From positions 2,546,825 to 2,610,824 of the forward strand of contig CAVUPM010000002.1 in assembly GCA_963743355.1 (NCBI GenBank): a stretch of DNA of 64,000 nucleotides, read 5' to 3'. The stretch is from an uncultured Candidatus Rokubacteria bacterium. Lineage in GTDB: Bacteria; Methylomirabilota; Methylomirabilia; Rokubacteriales; CSP1-6. The stretch's first letter is position 1; each line of letters begins with the position of its first letter. Of this stretch, positions 34,934 to 44,225 are shown in pieces. The notes below the pieces were generated by a model. The model did not search any database and was not told the origin of the DNA. It saw only the letters and a program-made list of their open reading frames with translations. The translations under genes and the position numbers were made by a program.

Positions 34934-35431
34934 TCAGGCGTTGCGGCGGTTCGTGAACTGCAGCGCGATCCCGAAGTCGCGCTCGCGCAACAAGGCCATG
35001 ATCCGCTGCAAGTCGTCGAGGCTCTTGCCGGATACGCGGACCTGGTCCTCCTGGATGGAGGCCTGCACCTTGATCTTCGTGTCCTTGATGAGCCGCACGA
35101 TCTCCTTGGCTTTGTCGATGGGGATCCCCTGCTGCAGCCCGATCTTCTGCCGGAGCACGCCGGCAGCACCCGTCTCCACCGTGCCATAGGTCAGGGCCTT
35201 GAGCGGCACGCCGCGCTTGTGCAGCTTGGACTGGAGAATGTCGGTCACGGCCTTGAGCTTCATGTCGTCGGCCGAGGTCAGCTTGATGTCGGTCTTCTCC
35301 AGCACGATCTCGTTCTTGGAGCCCTTGAGGTCGTAGCGGGTCTCGATCTCCCGCCGGGCCTGGTCGAGCGCGTTGGTGACCTCCTGCATGTCGATCTTGC
35401 AAACGACGTCGAAGGAGTTGTCGGCGGCCAT
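34934..35431 (-). CDS. yajQ: YajQ-family nucleotide (cyclic-di-GMP)-binding protein (UPF0234)
   Basis: MAADNSFDVVCKIDMQEVTNALDQARREIETRYDLKGS..., the characteristic 160-aa tandem ferredoxin-like YajQ sequence. Confidence 0.85.
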   Translation of the reverse strand: MAADNSFDVVCKIDMQEVTNALDQARREIETRYDLKGSKNEIVLEKTDIKLTSADDMKLKAVTDILQSKLHKRGVPLKALTYGTVETGAAGVLRQKIGLQQGIPIDKAKEIVRLIKDTKIKVQASIQEDQVRVSGKSLDDLQRIMALLRERDFGIALQFTNRRNA

Positions 35432-35441
35432 GCCCGGCAGT

Positions 35442-36134
35442 CTACCGCAACGGGACCGTGGCCACGCCTTTGGGTGCCACGAAGGTGAAGAGCGAGTCGG
35501 CCAGCCCGGTGTTCACGGCCGGCTTGCGGAACAGCATGGTCACCGTGTTCTCGAACTGGTCGTAGACCACCCCCCGCCGCACCTCCCAGGAACGCGGGTC
35601 GAAGGACAGGACCAGCCGGTTCATGGTCGGCAGCGGCTGCTTGGGCACCAGGTCGAGCACGATGTTGCCGTCGCGGTCGCGCGGCTCGGCCGGATTGAGG
35701 AAGCGCGCGTTGAAGTGCTCGCGCACACGGCCCAGCCCGGTCAGGAACGAACCGGCCGGCCCCGCCAGCGCCTCGGGCGCGGGGCCGACGTTCACCTGGT
35801 TGAGCGCCGGGGTGTAGATCCAGACGGTCTTGCCGTCAGAGACGATCTGCTGGGGCGTGGGATCGGCGTACTCCCAGCGCAGCTTGCCGCCCTTCTTGAG
35901 GTAGACCGTCCCCTGGGCGGGGATGCTCTGGTTGAGGCTCTTGTTGAAGGCGGTCTGGGTGAACTCGGCCTTGAGGTCGATGATTCGACCGTACGCGCTC
36001 TCCACGGACTTGATGACCTCCTCGAGCGAGGGCACCTTCCCGGGCGCCGGGGCGGGTGCCGGGGCCTGGGCCCAGGCGGCGGCGGCACCGAGGACGAGCA
36101 CGCTGAGGACGAGGGCGACGAGCCTCCGGGCCAT
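35442..36134 (-). CDS. lolA: Outer-membrane lipoprotein carrier protein LolA
   Basis: Signal peptide MARRLVALVLSVLVLGAAAAWA; LolA fold pattern ...FTQTAF...QGTVYLKKGGKLRWEY...VSDGKTVWIYTP. Confidence 0.75.
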   Translation of the reverse strand: MARRLVALVLSVLVLGAAAAWAQAPAPAPAPGKVPSLEEVIKSVESAYGRIIDLKAEFTQTAFNKSLNQSIPAQGTVYLKKGGKLRWEYADPTPQQIVSDGKTVWIYTPALNQVNVGPAPEALAGPAGSFLTGLGRVREHFNARFLNPAEPRDRDGNIVLDLVPKQPLPTMNRLVLSFDPRSWEVRRGVVYDQFENTVTMLFRKPAVNTGLADSLFTFVAPKGVATVPLR

Positions 36135-36191
36135 GAGCTTACTGTACATGAGCACCTCCCGAGGGATAGACGAACGGAAGCGCCACTGCCT

Positions 36192-36881
36192 TCAGCCGGC
36201 AAACGCCACCGGCCGCCGAACGGCCGCGGCCAGCCGCATGAGGTACTCGTCGCGGGGGATCGCCCGGGCGCCCAGCGTGGTCAGGTGCTCCGAGAGCACC
36301 TGCACGTCGAGCAGCGCGGTGCCCACGCGCCGGGCGTGCTGAACCAGCGCGACGACCGCCACCTTGGAGGCGTCGGTCACGCGGTGGAACATCGACTCGG
36401 CCGCGAAGAGGCCACCGATCGCCACGCCGTAGAGCCCACCGGCCAGCGCGCCGTCCGTTCCCCACACCTCCACGCTGTGCGCCCAGCCCAGGCCGTGCAG
36501 CCGCACGTAGGCCGCGCGCATGGCCGGCGTGATCCACGTCTCCTGCCGCGCCGCGCAGCCGTCGATCACCGCCGCAAACGCCGCGTTGAGGGTGACGCGA
36601 AAGCGGCCGCGCCGCACGGTGCGCGCCAGACTGCGCGAGACGTGCAGCGCGTCCAGCGGCAGGACCGCCCGCGGATCCGGCGACCACCAGAGCAGCGCCG
36701 TCTCGTCGTACGGCCAGGGAAACACGCCCTGGCGGTAGGCGGCGACGAGCGTGCCGGGCTCCAGGTCGCCGCCCTGGGCGAGGAGCCCTTCGGCGTCGGC
36801 CCGCGCGGGGTCGGGAAAGCGGAAGCGGCAGGCCGGCAACCGCGCCGGCGCCGGAGCCGGGGCGATCGCGATGTCGAGCAC
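36192..36881 (-). CDS. aat: Leucyl/phenylalanyl-tRNA--protein transferase
   Basis: AAYRQGVFPWP...DPRAVLPLDALHVSRSL...HSVEVW, typical Aat sequence. Confidence 0.85.
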   Translation of the reverse strand: MLDIAIAPAPAPARLPACRFRFPDPARADAEGLLAQGGDLEPGTLVAAYRQGVFPWPYDETALLWWSPDPRAVLPLDALHVSRSLARTVRRGRFRVTLNAAFAAVIDGCAARQETWITPAMRAAYVRLHGLGWAHSVEVWGTDGALAGGLYGVAIGGLFAAESMFHRVTDASKVAVVALVQHARRVGTALLDVQVLSEHLTTLGARAIPRDEYLMRLAAAVRRPVAFAG

Positions 36882-36910
36882 GCCCCGAGCCTCCGCGCCG
36901 GCGATAGGCG

Positions 36911-37258
36911 TCAGCGCGCCAGCGTCAGCTCGGCCGCCAGCACCAGCGCGGTGAAGGCCAGCTCCAGCGTGGCCGGCAGGCGCTCGAGCACGAGCCCGAA
37001 CGCCGGCTGCTGGTGACGGAAGGACTCCCCGAGGTCGCCGCGGACGGCGCCGCCGAGGAACGCCACGTACTGCACGGGCACCGACCGGTCGAGACCGAGC
37101 TCACGGCGCAGATGGGCCAGCTCGTCGACCGTGGCGTCGCCGGGGAGCATCGAGGCTGCCGGGTCACCGCTGAGCCGCAGGGCGATGAACACCAGGGTAG
37201 CGACGCCGACGGTCACGAGGGCGGTGTGCAGGAGACGGCGGGCGACGAACTCGAGCAC
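36911..37258 (-). pseudogene. N-terminal 115-codon fragment of a DppB/OppB-family ABC transporter permease; remainder of the gene absent
   Basis: MLEFVARRLLHTALVTVGVATLVFIALRLSGDPAASMLPGD...LAHLRRELGLDRSVPVQY matches the conserved permease N-terminus; stop after about 115 aa, followed 30 bp later by the aat start. Confidence 0.4.
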
Positions 37259-37300
37259 GGCCAGACTCTAGCACCGCACCGCTGTGGTAGGGTAACCACG

Positions 37301-37588
37301 ATGCTGCGCCGCGCCGCTCTCCTCGCGCTCGTCCTGGCGCTCGCCGCGTGCGACGGGCCCAAGCCCCCCAAGACCCAGGCCGCGGAGCGCCTCGCCAAGG
37401 CCCAGACCGCAATGGAGGAGTGCAAGAAGCGCGTCGGGCTCGGCGACATCGCGACGCCGACGGCCGCCATCCTCGACGATCCGGCCACACGCGGTCAGGC
37501 GCTGACGCAGGAGCTGGCGGGGCAGTTGCGGCTCAAGGTCCAGTGCCGGCTGGAGCTCGACGAATTGCTGGCGGCCGGCGGGCGGTAG
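37301..37588 (+). CDS. Small lipoprotein (95 aa), hypothetical
   Basis: MLRRAALLALVLALAACDG lipobox, then a helical Lys/Glu-rich sequence with two Cys. Confidence 0.5.
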   Translation: MLRRAALLALVLALAACDGPKPPKTQAAERLAKAQTAMEECKKRVGLGDIATPTAAILDDPATRGQALTQELAGQLRLKVQCRLELDELLAAGGR

Positions 37589-37590
37589 GT

Positions 37591-38349
37591 CTACGAACGG
37601 CGGTCGTCGGCGCTGTCGACCGGCGCCCAGCCCAGGACGGCGCGCGCGTGCTCGAGGTCGCGGTAGCTCCAGCGATTGTTGGAGACGACGAAGAACGTGT
37701 CGAAGCGCAGCGTGGCGGGCGCCTCGATACACGCGACGAGCATGCGGACCACGTCGCGCTGGCTGCACCAGACAGAGAGATCGCGCGGTCCGGTCGGCCG
37801 GTCCTCCTCCTTCACGCGGCCGATCCGCAGACAGATGACCGACATCCCGTAGGCGTCGGAGTAGTGGCGCGCGAGGGCTTCGCCCCACACCTTGCTGGCG
37901 CCGTAGAGCCCGCCCGGACGCAGCGGGGACTCGTGCGTCAGCTTCGCCCAGGCGCCGAGCTTGTCGTAGTCGCCGGCGACGACGTGCGCGAGCGGCGGCT
38001 CACGCTCCCAGCCGGCGACGGTCGCGCCGCTGCTGGCGAAGATGACGCGGGCGACGCCGGCCAGCCGCGCCGCCTCGAAGACGTGGTAGGCGCCCATCAC
38101 GTTGGATCTCAGGATATCGGCGGGCGCGTTGTTGTCGCCGGCGGCGGCGGCCAGATGCACGACGGTGTCAATGCCGGCGAACGCGGGCCGGATCGCGGCG
38201 AGATCGCCGAGGTCGGCCAGGTGACAATCTACGCCGGGGACCGCGCGCCGGTTCAGCGCGCGCAGCGTGTACGTCCCCTCGACGTGCTTGCGCAGCGCGC
38301 CGCCGATGAGACCGCTCAGCCCGGTGATCAGCAGGCGACGGGTCGCCAC
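37591..38349 (-). CDS. NAD-dependent epimerase/dehydratase family (SDR) protein
   Basis: Rossmann LITGLSGLIGGAL and catalytic YGASK motif. Confidence 0.75.
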   Translation of the reverse strand: MATRRLLITGLSGLIGGALRKHVEGTYTLRALNRRAVPGVDCHLADLGDLAAIRPAFAGIDTVVHLAAAAGDNNAPADILRSNVMGAYHVFEAARLAGVARVIFASSGATVAGWEREPPLAHVVAGDYDKLGAWAKLTHESPLRPGGLYGASKVWGEALARHYSDAYGMSVICLRIGRVKEEDRPTGPRDLSVWCSQRDVVRMLVACIEAPATLRFDTFFVVSNNRWSYRDLEHARAVLGWAPVDSADDRRS

Positions 38350-38356
38350 GGCCGGA

Positions 38357-39271
38357 CTAGCCGTCCACCTCGTGGTTGAGCCCGAAGTCGTCCGGCACCG
38401 GCGGCCCCCACCGGTAGAGCGCGTCGGCCTCCGGGAAATCGCGCGGCTCCCACGCGCACTGCTCGGGAATGTAGTCGAGGTCGTGGAAGTACTCGGCGAA
38501 GGAGCCCCACGGGTCGCGGATGTAGTAGAAGAAGTTCGAGCCGATGACGTGACGGCCCAGCCCCCAGCCCGGCTGCCAGCCGGCCTCCTGCATCCGCAGC
38601 GCCCCCATGGCGATCTCGTCCACGCTGCCGACCTCGAACGAGGCGTGGTGGAAGCCCGGGCCCCGGGAGGTCAGGAACGCCACGTTGTGATGGTCGGTCG
38701 TGCAGCGCAGGAACGCGATGATGCTCTGCGACCGGTCGGAGAGCTTCAGCCCGAGCACGCGCGTGTAGAAGTCGAGCTGGCGCTGGACCTCGGGGGTGAA
38801 GAGCAGCACGTGGCCGAGCCGGCGGGGGCTCGCGGTCAGCCCCGCGTCGGGGGCGCCGCGGTCGACCTGGCGCGCGATGTGGCCGGGGCTGTTGAGCCGC
38901 AGGGGCGGGTCGGCCGGCGGCGGCGCCGGCGCCTCGTCGCGCACCGTGAGGAGGTTGCCGTCGGGATCGCGCACCCACACGCCGCCGTCGGGGACGCCGC
39001 GCGGCGGGTCCACCTCCGGCACACCGGCGCGGCGGATCGACGCGACCGTCGCCTCGTAGTCGCCGCCGGGCGCGCCGAAGGCCAGATGGTGCAGGCGCTT
39101 CCTGGGGCCGGGGTAGAGACGGACGGACTCGCGCGTCAGCGGCGCCGGCCGCAGGTGCACGGCGCCGTCGCGCCCCGCCTCGTCGACCAGGCCGAAGCTC
39201 CGGTAGAATTTTTCGCCGACCGTCTGGTCGGGCACCTCGAGCGCGTAGTGGAGCAGCGAGCGGACCGCCAT
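38357..39271 (-). CDS. VOC-superfamily extradiol dioxygenase-like protein (two glyoxalase/bleomycin-resistance/dioxygenase modules)
   Basis: ATG at 39271 with RBS GGAGGTG; HHLAF, HVLLFTPE, HHASFEV metal-binding patterns typical of type I extradiol dioxygenases. Confidence 0.65.
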   Translation of the reverse strand: MAVRSLLHYALEVPDQTVGEKFYRSFGLVDEAGRDGAVHLRPAPLTRESVRLYPGPRKRLHHLAFGAPGGDYEATVASIRRAGVPEVDPPRGVPDGGVWVRDPDGNLLTVRDEAPAPPPADPPLRLNSPGHIARQVDRGAPDAGLTASPRRLGHVLLFTPEVQRQLDFYTRVLGLKLSDRSQSIIAFLRCTTDHHNVAFLTSRGPGFHHASFEVGSVDEIAMGALRMQEAGWQPGWGLGRHVIGSNFFYYIRDPWGSFAEYFHDLDYIPEQCAWEPRDFPEADALYRWGPPVPDDFGLNHEVDG

Positions 39272-39371
39272 GTCGGCACCTCCGGGTGACGCTGCGCGAG
39301 TGTACACCGGCCGGAGCGCCGGCGATCGCTGCGACCGTTCCGAGCGCTCGGAGCCGATGGGAGGATCCGAA

Positions 39372-39400
39372 TTGACACCCGTGAGACCGGCGCCTAGAAT
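39372..39400 (+). promoter_or_regulatory. Near-consensus sigma70 promoter TTGACA-17-TAGAAT for the liv-type transporter operon
   Basis: gaTTGACAcccgtgagaccggcgccTAGAATtcc about 60 nt upstream of the ATG at 39459 (RBS CAGGAGGA). Confidence 0.5.
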
Positions 39401-39458
39401 TCCGCCACTTGCGCGCGGAGGACATTCCTACGGAGGGACTCCTCAGGAGGACATTTCC

Positions 39459-40667
39459 ATGGATCGTCGCACATTTCTGCACTCGACCACGGCCGCTGTC
39501 GCCATCCTCGGCTTCCCCTCGATCCTGCGAGCCCAGAGCGGCCCCCTGAAGATCGGCTTCCCGCTGCCCCTCACCGGGCCCTTCGCCTCCATCGCCGCCG
39601 ACCAGAAGCGCGGGGCCGAGCTGGCCGTGGACGAGCTGAACGCCAAGGGCGGGGTGCTCGGCCGCAAGGTCGAGGTGCTCTTCCGTGACGACGAGCTCAA
39701 GCCGGCCGTGGGCGCGCAGCGCACGAAGGAGCTGATCGAGAACCAGAACGTCGACTTCGTGGTCGGCGGGCTGGCCGCCCACGTGCAGATGGCGATCAAC
39801 GAGCAGACGAAGAGAGCCGGCAAGCTCTTCATCTCGATCAGCCAGTCCGACGAGATCTCGGCCAAGCCCGACACCAGCCCGATCACCTTCCACGAGGCCC
39901 TGAACCCGACCATCACCGGCCGGGCGGTCGGGGGCTGGGGCGTGCAGAACCTCGGCAAGAAGTGGTGGATCGTCTACGCCGACTACGCGTGGGGCAAGCA
40001 GAACAACGCGGTCTTCACCGACGTCGTCCAGAAGGGCGGCGGCACGGTGCTCGGCAGCACGCCCTACCCGCTCGGCAAGCCCGAGTTCTCCGCCCACATT
40101 CCCAAGATCCAGTCGGCCAAGCCCGAGGTGCTGCTGGCCGTGACGCCCGGCGCCGACGGCGTGGCGTTCATGAAACAGGCCATCAGCTTCGGGATGAAGA
40201 AGGAGATGAAGATCCTCGTCCCGCTCCACTTCCTCTTCCTGGCCAAGGAGGGCGGGGCCGAGCTGTTCGCCGACGTCTACGGCGGCACCAACTTCTACTG
40301 GGAGCTGGCCGAGACGCTGCCCCAGGCCAAGAAGTTCGTCGACGCCTCGCTCAAGAAGTTCGGCGTGCCGCCCGACGGCTACGCCGGTTACGGCTACAAC
40401 GGCATCATGGAGGTCGCCCGCGGCGCCACGCTGGCCAAATCCACCGACGCCAACGCGGTGGCCGACGCCCTCCGCAAGAACGCCACCTACGACCACTACA
40501 AGGGCAAGCAGTTCTGGCGGGCCTGCGACAACAAGTCCTTCCAGGACCTCTACCTCGTCAAGGGGCGGGCCCAGGCCAAGGGCGAGTGGGGCTACTTCGA
40601 GGTCACCGGCAAGGTGCCGGCCGACGAGAAGCTCGAGCGCACCTGCGCCGAGAAGGGCCACGTGTAA
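39459..40667 (+). CDS. Branched-chain amino-acid-type ABC transporter substrate-binding protein (LivK/periplasmic binding protein type 1) with a twin-arginine signal
   Basis: MDRRTFLHSTTAAVAILGFPSILRA (RR Tat motif), then the Leu/Ile/Val-binding-protein fold. Confidence 0.8.
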   Translation: MDRRTFLHSTTAAVAILGFPSILRAQSGPLKIGFPLPLTGPFASIAADQKRGAELAVDELNAKGGVLGRKVEVLFRDDELKPAVGAQRTKELIENQNVDFVVGGLAAHVQMAINEQTKRAGKLFISISQSDEISAKPDTSPITFHEALNPTITGRAVGGWGVQNLGKKWWIVYADYAWGKQNNAVFTDVVQKGGGTVLGSTPYPLGKPEFSAHIPKIQSAKPEVLLAVTPGADGVAFMKQAISFGMKKEMKILVPLHFLFLAKEGGAELFADVYGGTNFYWELAETLPQAKKFVDASLKKFGVPPDGYAGYGYNGIMEVARGATLAKSTDANAVADALRKNATYDHYKGKQFWRACDNKSFQDLYLVKGRAQAKGEWGYFEVTGKVPADEKLERTCAEKGHV

Positions 40668-40670
40668 GGC

Positions 40671-41555
40671 GTGCCCGACGTCACGCTGTCCGCCCTGGCG
40701 GCCCAGCTCTTCACGGGGCTCGTCCTCGGCGGCATCCTGGTGTTGCTCGCCATCGGGCTCAGCCTGATCTTCGGGCTGATGACCGTCGTGAACTTCGCCC
40801 ACGGGTCCTTCTTCATGCTGGGCGCCTACGCGGGCTTCTTCGTGCTGGCCTACACGAAGAGCTTCTGGGTTGCGCTCGTGGTGGCCCCGCTCGTGGTCGG
40901 GGCCTTCGGCCTCGTCGTCGAGCGGTTCCTCATCCGCCCCCTCTACGGGCGCGGCCCCGACGACCCGCTGCTCCTCACCTTCGGGCTGTCGCTGGTGCTG
41001 ATCGAGGCGGTCAAGCTCCTCGTCGGCAAGATCGGCCTCACGCTCGATCCCCCGGCCGCGCTGGCCGGCGCCGCCGACCTCGGCTTCATGATGTTCCCGG
41101 CCTATCGGATCTTCGTGCTCGTGGTGACCGCGGTGGTGCTGCTCGCGCTCTGGCTCTTCCTCGAGAAGACCAACGTCGGCCTCGTGGTCCGCGCGGGCTC
41201 CCGGGACGCCCTCATGGTCCGCGCGCTCGGCATCGATCTGGGGCGGGTGTGGTTTCTCGTCTTCGGCCTCGGCATCGCCATGGCCGGGCTCGCCGGCATC
41301 CTGGCCGGACCGCTGCGCGGTGTCTACGCCGAGATGGGGATCGAGATCATCATCGAGGCCTTCGTGGTGGTCGTGGTCGGTGGCATGGGCAGCCTGCCGG
41401 GGGCGATCGTCGCCGGCCTGATGATCGGCCAGGTCATCAGCCTCACGACCTTCTTCGCGCCCAAGCTCGCCGAGATCGTCGTCTTCGTCGTGATGGCGGT
41501 CGTCCTCCTGACCCGACCCAGCGGGTTGCTCGGCGAAGCGGGTCTCGCGGAATGA
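40671..41555 (+). CDS. livH: Branched-chain amino-acid ABC transporter permease LivH
   Basis: Multi-TM LivH-family sequence, GTG start. Confidence 0.85.
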   Translation: MPDVTLSALAAQLFTGLVLGGILVLLAIGLSLIFGLMTVVNFAHGSFFMLGAYAGFFVLAYTKSFWVALVVAPLVVGAFGLVVERFLIRPLYGRGPDDPLLLTFGLSLVLIEAVKLLVGKIGLTLDPPAALAGAADLGFMMFPAYRIFVLVVTAVVLLALWLFLEKTNVGLVVRAGSRDALMVRALGIDLGRVWFLVFGLGIAMAGLAGILAGPLRGVYAEMGIEIIIEAFVVVVVGGMGSLPGAIVAGLMIGQVISLTTFFAPKLAEIVVFVVMAVVLLTRPSGLLGEAGLAE

Positions 41556-42520
41556 CGCGCGGTCCGCTCGCGCCGGTCGCTGCGTGGATCGCCGCCCACC
41601 CGGTCGTCTCCATCGTGGCCTTCTTCGCCGTGCTGCCGTTCGTGGTGCCGTACACGTCGCTGGCCACCCAGATCCTCGTCTACGGTCTCTTCGCGCTCGG
41701 ATTCAACCTGCTCTACGGCTACACCGGCCTGCTGTCGTTCGGTCACGCCGCCTACTGGGGTCTCGGCGCCTACGGTGCCGGGATCATGCTGGCCAAGCTC
41801 GGGTGGACCTCGCTGTGGGGCGCGCTCGCCGTCGGCGTGCTCACCGCCGGCCTGGGGGGCGCCTTCGTCGGGTTCTTCGCGCTGCGGCGGCGCGGCATCT
41901 ACTTCGCGATGCTGACACTGGCCTTCGCCCAGCTCTTCTACTTCGTCGCGTTCCACCTCGCCGATCTCACCGGCGGCGACGACGGCCTGCGTGGCATCCC
42001 CCAGCTGCCGCTGGGGTTCTTCTGGTGGTCGATCCCCCTCAAGACCCCGCTGGCCTTCCACTACTTCGCGCTGGCCTGGGCGGCGCTGGCGGTGGCCGGA
42101 CTGCAGCGCGTGCTGAAGTCCCCGTTCGGGGCGGTGCTCGCCGCCATCCGGGAAAACGGGGACCGAGCCTCCGCGTGCGGCTACGACGTCAACCGGGCGA
42201 GGCTGCTGTCGTTCGTGTTCTCGGCGTCCATCACCGGGCTGGCCGGGTCGCTCGACGCGCTCCGGCTCAACGTCGTGCCGGTCGAAGCGCTGTTCTGGTC
42301 GACGTCGGGCCAGGTGGTGATCATGACCCTGCTCGGCGGGGCCGGGACGTTCTTCGGGCCGTTCGTGGGCGCGGCAACCTTCCTCGTACTCGCCGACCGG
42401 CTGAGCCTGGTGATGGCCGACTCGTGGCCCATCGTGATCGGAAGCGTGTTCATGGCGTTCGTGCTCTTCCTTCCCAAGGGCATCTGGGGCACGTTGATCG
42501 GAGGGTTCCATGGCCGTTAA
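41552..42520 (+). CDS. livM: Branched-chain amino-acid ABC transporter permease LivM
   Basis: ATGA overlap with livH; LivM-family multi-TM sequence. Confidence 0.85.
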   Translation: MTRGPLAPVAAWIAAHPVVSIVAFFAVLPFVVPYTSLATQILVYGLFALGFNLLYGYTGLLSFGHAAYWGLGAYGAGIMLAKLGWTSLWGALAVGVLTAGLGGAFVGFFALRRRGIYFAMLTLAFAQLFYFVAFHLADLTGGDDGLRGIPQLPLGFFWWSIPLKTPLAFHYFALAWAALAVAGLQRVLKSPFGAVLAAIRENGDRASACGYDVNRARLLSFVFSASITGLAGSLDALRLNVVPVEALFWSTSGQVVIMTLLGGAGTFFGPFVGAATFLVLADRLSLVMADSWPIVIGSVFMAFVLFLPKGIWGTLIGGFHGR

Positions 42521-42968
42521 AGTGCTCGAGCTGCATCATCACGGCATCCGCGTCGGCCCCTCGCCGGAGGAGGTCGCGAAGGCCCGCCAGTTCTACGGCG
42601 ACGTGCTCGGCCTCGGGCACGACCCCGGTCGTCCGACCATTCCGACCATCGACGGGTACTGGATGGACGTGGGCGGCACCGCGCAGATCCACCTCATGGG
42701 TGTGAACGGGCAGTCGAAGTTCGCCAAGGGGCCCGGCCGGGACCCGTCGACGCCGCACGTGGCCCTCGCCGTCGCCGACATCCAGGAGACGCGCCAGGAG
42801 CTGGAACGGCTCGGCGTGGACTACTGGGTAGCCGAGAGCGTCGTGGGTCCCCAGTCGCAGCAGATCTTCATGAAGGACCCGTTCGACAACATGATCGAGC
42901 TGCACCAGATCGACACCTGCCGGTGCGTGACGTCGCGGCGCTCGGCCGCGGGCGGCCGGATGGCGTGA
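42510..42968 (+). CDS. VOC-family protein (glyoxalase/bleomycin resistance/dioxygenase)
   Basis: LHHHGIRVGP...HVALAVADIQETRQELERLGVDYW single VOC module. Confidence 0.6.
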   Translation: MAVKVLELHHHGIRVGPSPEEVAKARQFYGDVLGLGHDPGRPTIPTIDGYWMDVGGTAQIHLMGVNGQSKFAKGPGRDPSTPHVALAVADIQETRQELERLGVDYWVAESVVGPQSQQIFMKDPFDNMIELHQIDTCRCVTSRRSAAGGRMA

Positions 42969-44141
42969 GTGAGCCCCGCCTCGACCGGGATCGTCGCGAC
43001 GGCGGCCCGGCTCGCCCGCGAATGCCTGGCGCCGCGGGCGGCCCGCTACGACCGCGACGCCGCCAACCCGGTCGACAGCTGGCGTGATCTACACGCCGAG
43101 CACCTGATCGCGGCCGCCGTCCCCACCGCCCACGGGGGCCTCGGCCTCGACATGCCCACCTACGTGGAGGTCATCCGCGCGCTGGCCCAGGGCTGCGCCA
43201 GCACCGCGATGACCCTGCACATGCACTCCACCGTCATGCGCTTCATCGCGGCGCTCGGCACCTGCGACCAGCAGCGGCGCTACTTCGGCGAGGTCGTCGA
43301 CCGCGGCCGGATGTTCGGCTCGTGGGGCAGCGAGCCGGCCGTGAGCCTGTCACGCACGTTCCTGATGGAGACGACGCTGCGCGCCGACGGCGACGGGTTC
43401 GTCGTGGACGGTGTGAAGTACTTCTGCACGATGGCGCTCGGCGCGTCCTTCTACATGGTGTGGTGCGCGCTCGACGGCGAGGCCGACATGGGCAAGGCGC
43501 TGTGCCTGGCCCTGGTGCCGGCCGACACCGCCGGCCTGGCCACCGACGGCAAGTGGGACACGCTCGGCATGCGGGGGACGTACAGCCCGTCGGTGACGCT
43601 CACCGGCGTATGGATCCCGGGCGACGCGGTGCTGGGCCGGCCGGGCGCGGCGACCCAGGTCGGCGTCGTCGAGAGCTTCGGCCTGGGCTACGCGGCGGTC
43701 TACGTCGGAATCGCCGAGGCCGCGCTGGATTTCACGCTCGACTACGCCAAGAAGCGCGTGGTGAAGCCGGAGAACGTCGCGGTCGCCCAGGACCCCACCG
43801 TGCAGCGCCACCTCGGCGGGCTCGTCGTGCACCTGGATGCCGCCCGTCTGGTGCTGCGCGCCGCCGCCGCCGGCTGGGAGGTGGCCGACGTGGCCGAGCG
43901 CGGCAACCTCGCCAACCGCGCCAAGTTCCTCGGCACCGAGGTCGGGCTGGACGTGACGTCGAAGTGCATCCAGGTCGTGGGCGGCCGCGGCGCCTACCGC
44001 GATTACCCAGTGGAGCGCGCCTTCCGCGACGCCCGTACCGCCACGCTCATGCCGCCGACGATGGACCGCATGGCGGAGCTGATTGGCAAGAGCGCGCTCG
44101 GGCTCACCGAGGGGATGTTCCGGATCAGCGGCGAGAGCTGA
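42969..44141 (+). CDS. Acyl-CoA dehydrogenase family protein
   Basis: ACAD fold; C-terminal QVVGGRGAYRDYPVERAFRDARTATL FAD/CoA-binding motif. Confidence 0.8.
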   Translation: MSPASTGIVATAARLARECLAPRAARYDRDAANPVDSWRDLHAEHLIAAAVPTAHGGLGLDMPTYVEVIRALAQGCASTAMTLHMHSTVMRFIAALGTCDQQRRYFGEVVDRGRMFGSWGSEPAVSLSRTFLMETTLRADGDGFVVDGVKYFCTMALGASFYMVWCALDGEADMGKALCLALVPADTAGLATDGKWDTLGMRGTYSPSVTLTGVWIPGDAVLGRPGAATQVGVVESFGLGYAAVYVGIAEAALDFTLDYAKKRVVKPENVAVAQDPTVQRHLGGLVVHLDAARLVLRAAAAGWEVADVAERGNLANRAKFLGTEVGLDVTSKCIQVVGGRGAYRDYPVERAFRDARTATLMPPTMDRMAELIGKSALGLTEGMFRISGES

Positions 44142-44225
44142 CGGGACATCGAGGGGCGCCACGGCTCCGCCGGGGTGCCCCGAGCGACTGGGGGGTCTAG
44201 GGGGGCCATGTCGGGGCCCCCCTAC
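44141..44225. repeat. Copy B of the dispersed GC-rich double-hairpin repeat element (intergenic, between convergent genes)
   Basis: gccacggctccgccggggtgccccgagcgactggggggtctaGGGGGGCCatgtcggGGCCCCCC. Confidence 0.65.

Noticed and set aside
34356-35189. Plus-strand ORF reading through the 33-bp tandem array (LHALLIDVAAR repeats)
   Set aside because: Its downstream half is antisense to the highly conserved yajQ gene, and its codons include rare GTA, whereas the minus-strand reading has a proper start, stop and GC3-rich codons. It was kept only as the mirror image of the real gene.
39962-42520. 852-aa plus-strand ORF spanning the liv locus
   Set aside because: Only its last 322 codons (from the ATG at 41552) correspond to LivM. 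The upstream 530 codons are an alternate frame of the binding protein and livH, with junk composition.
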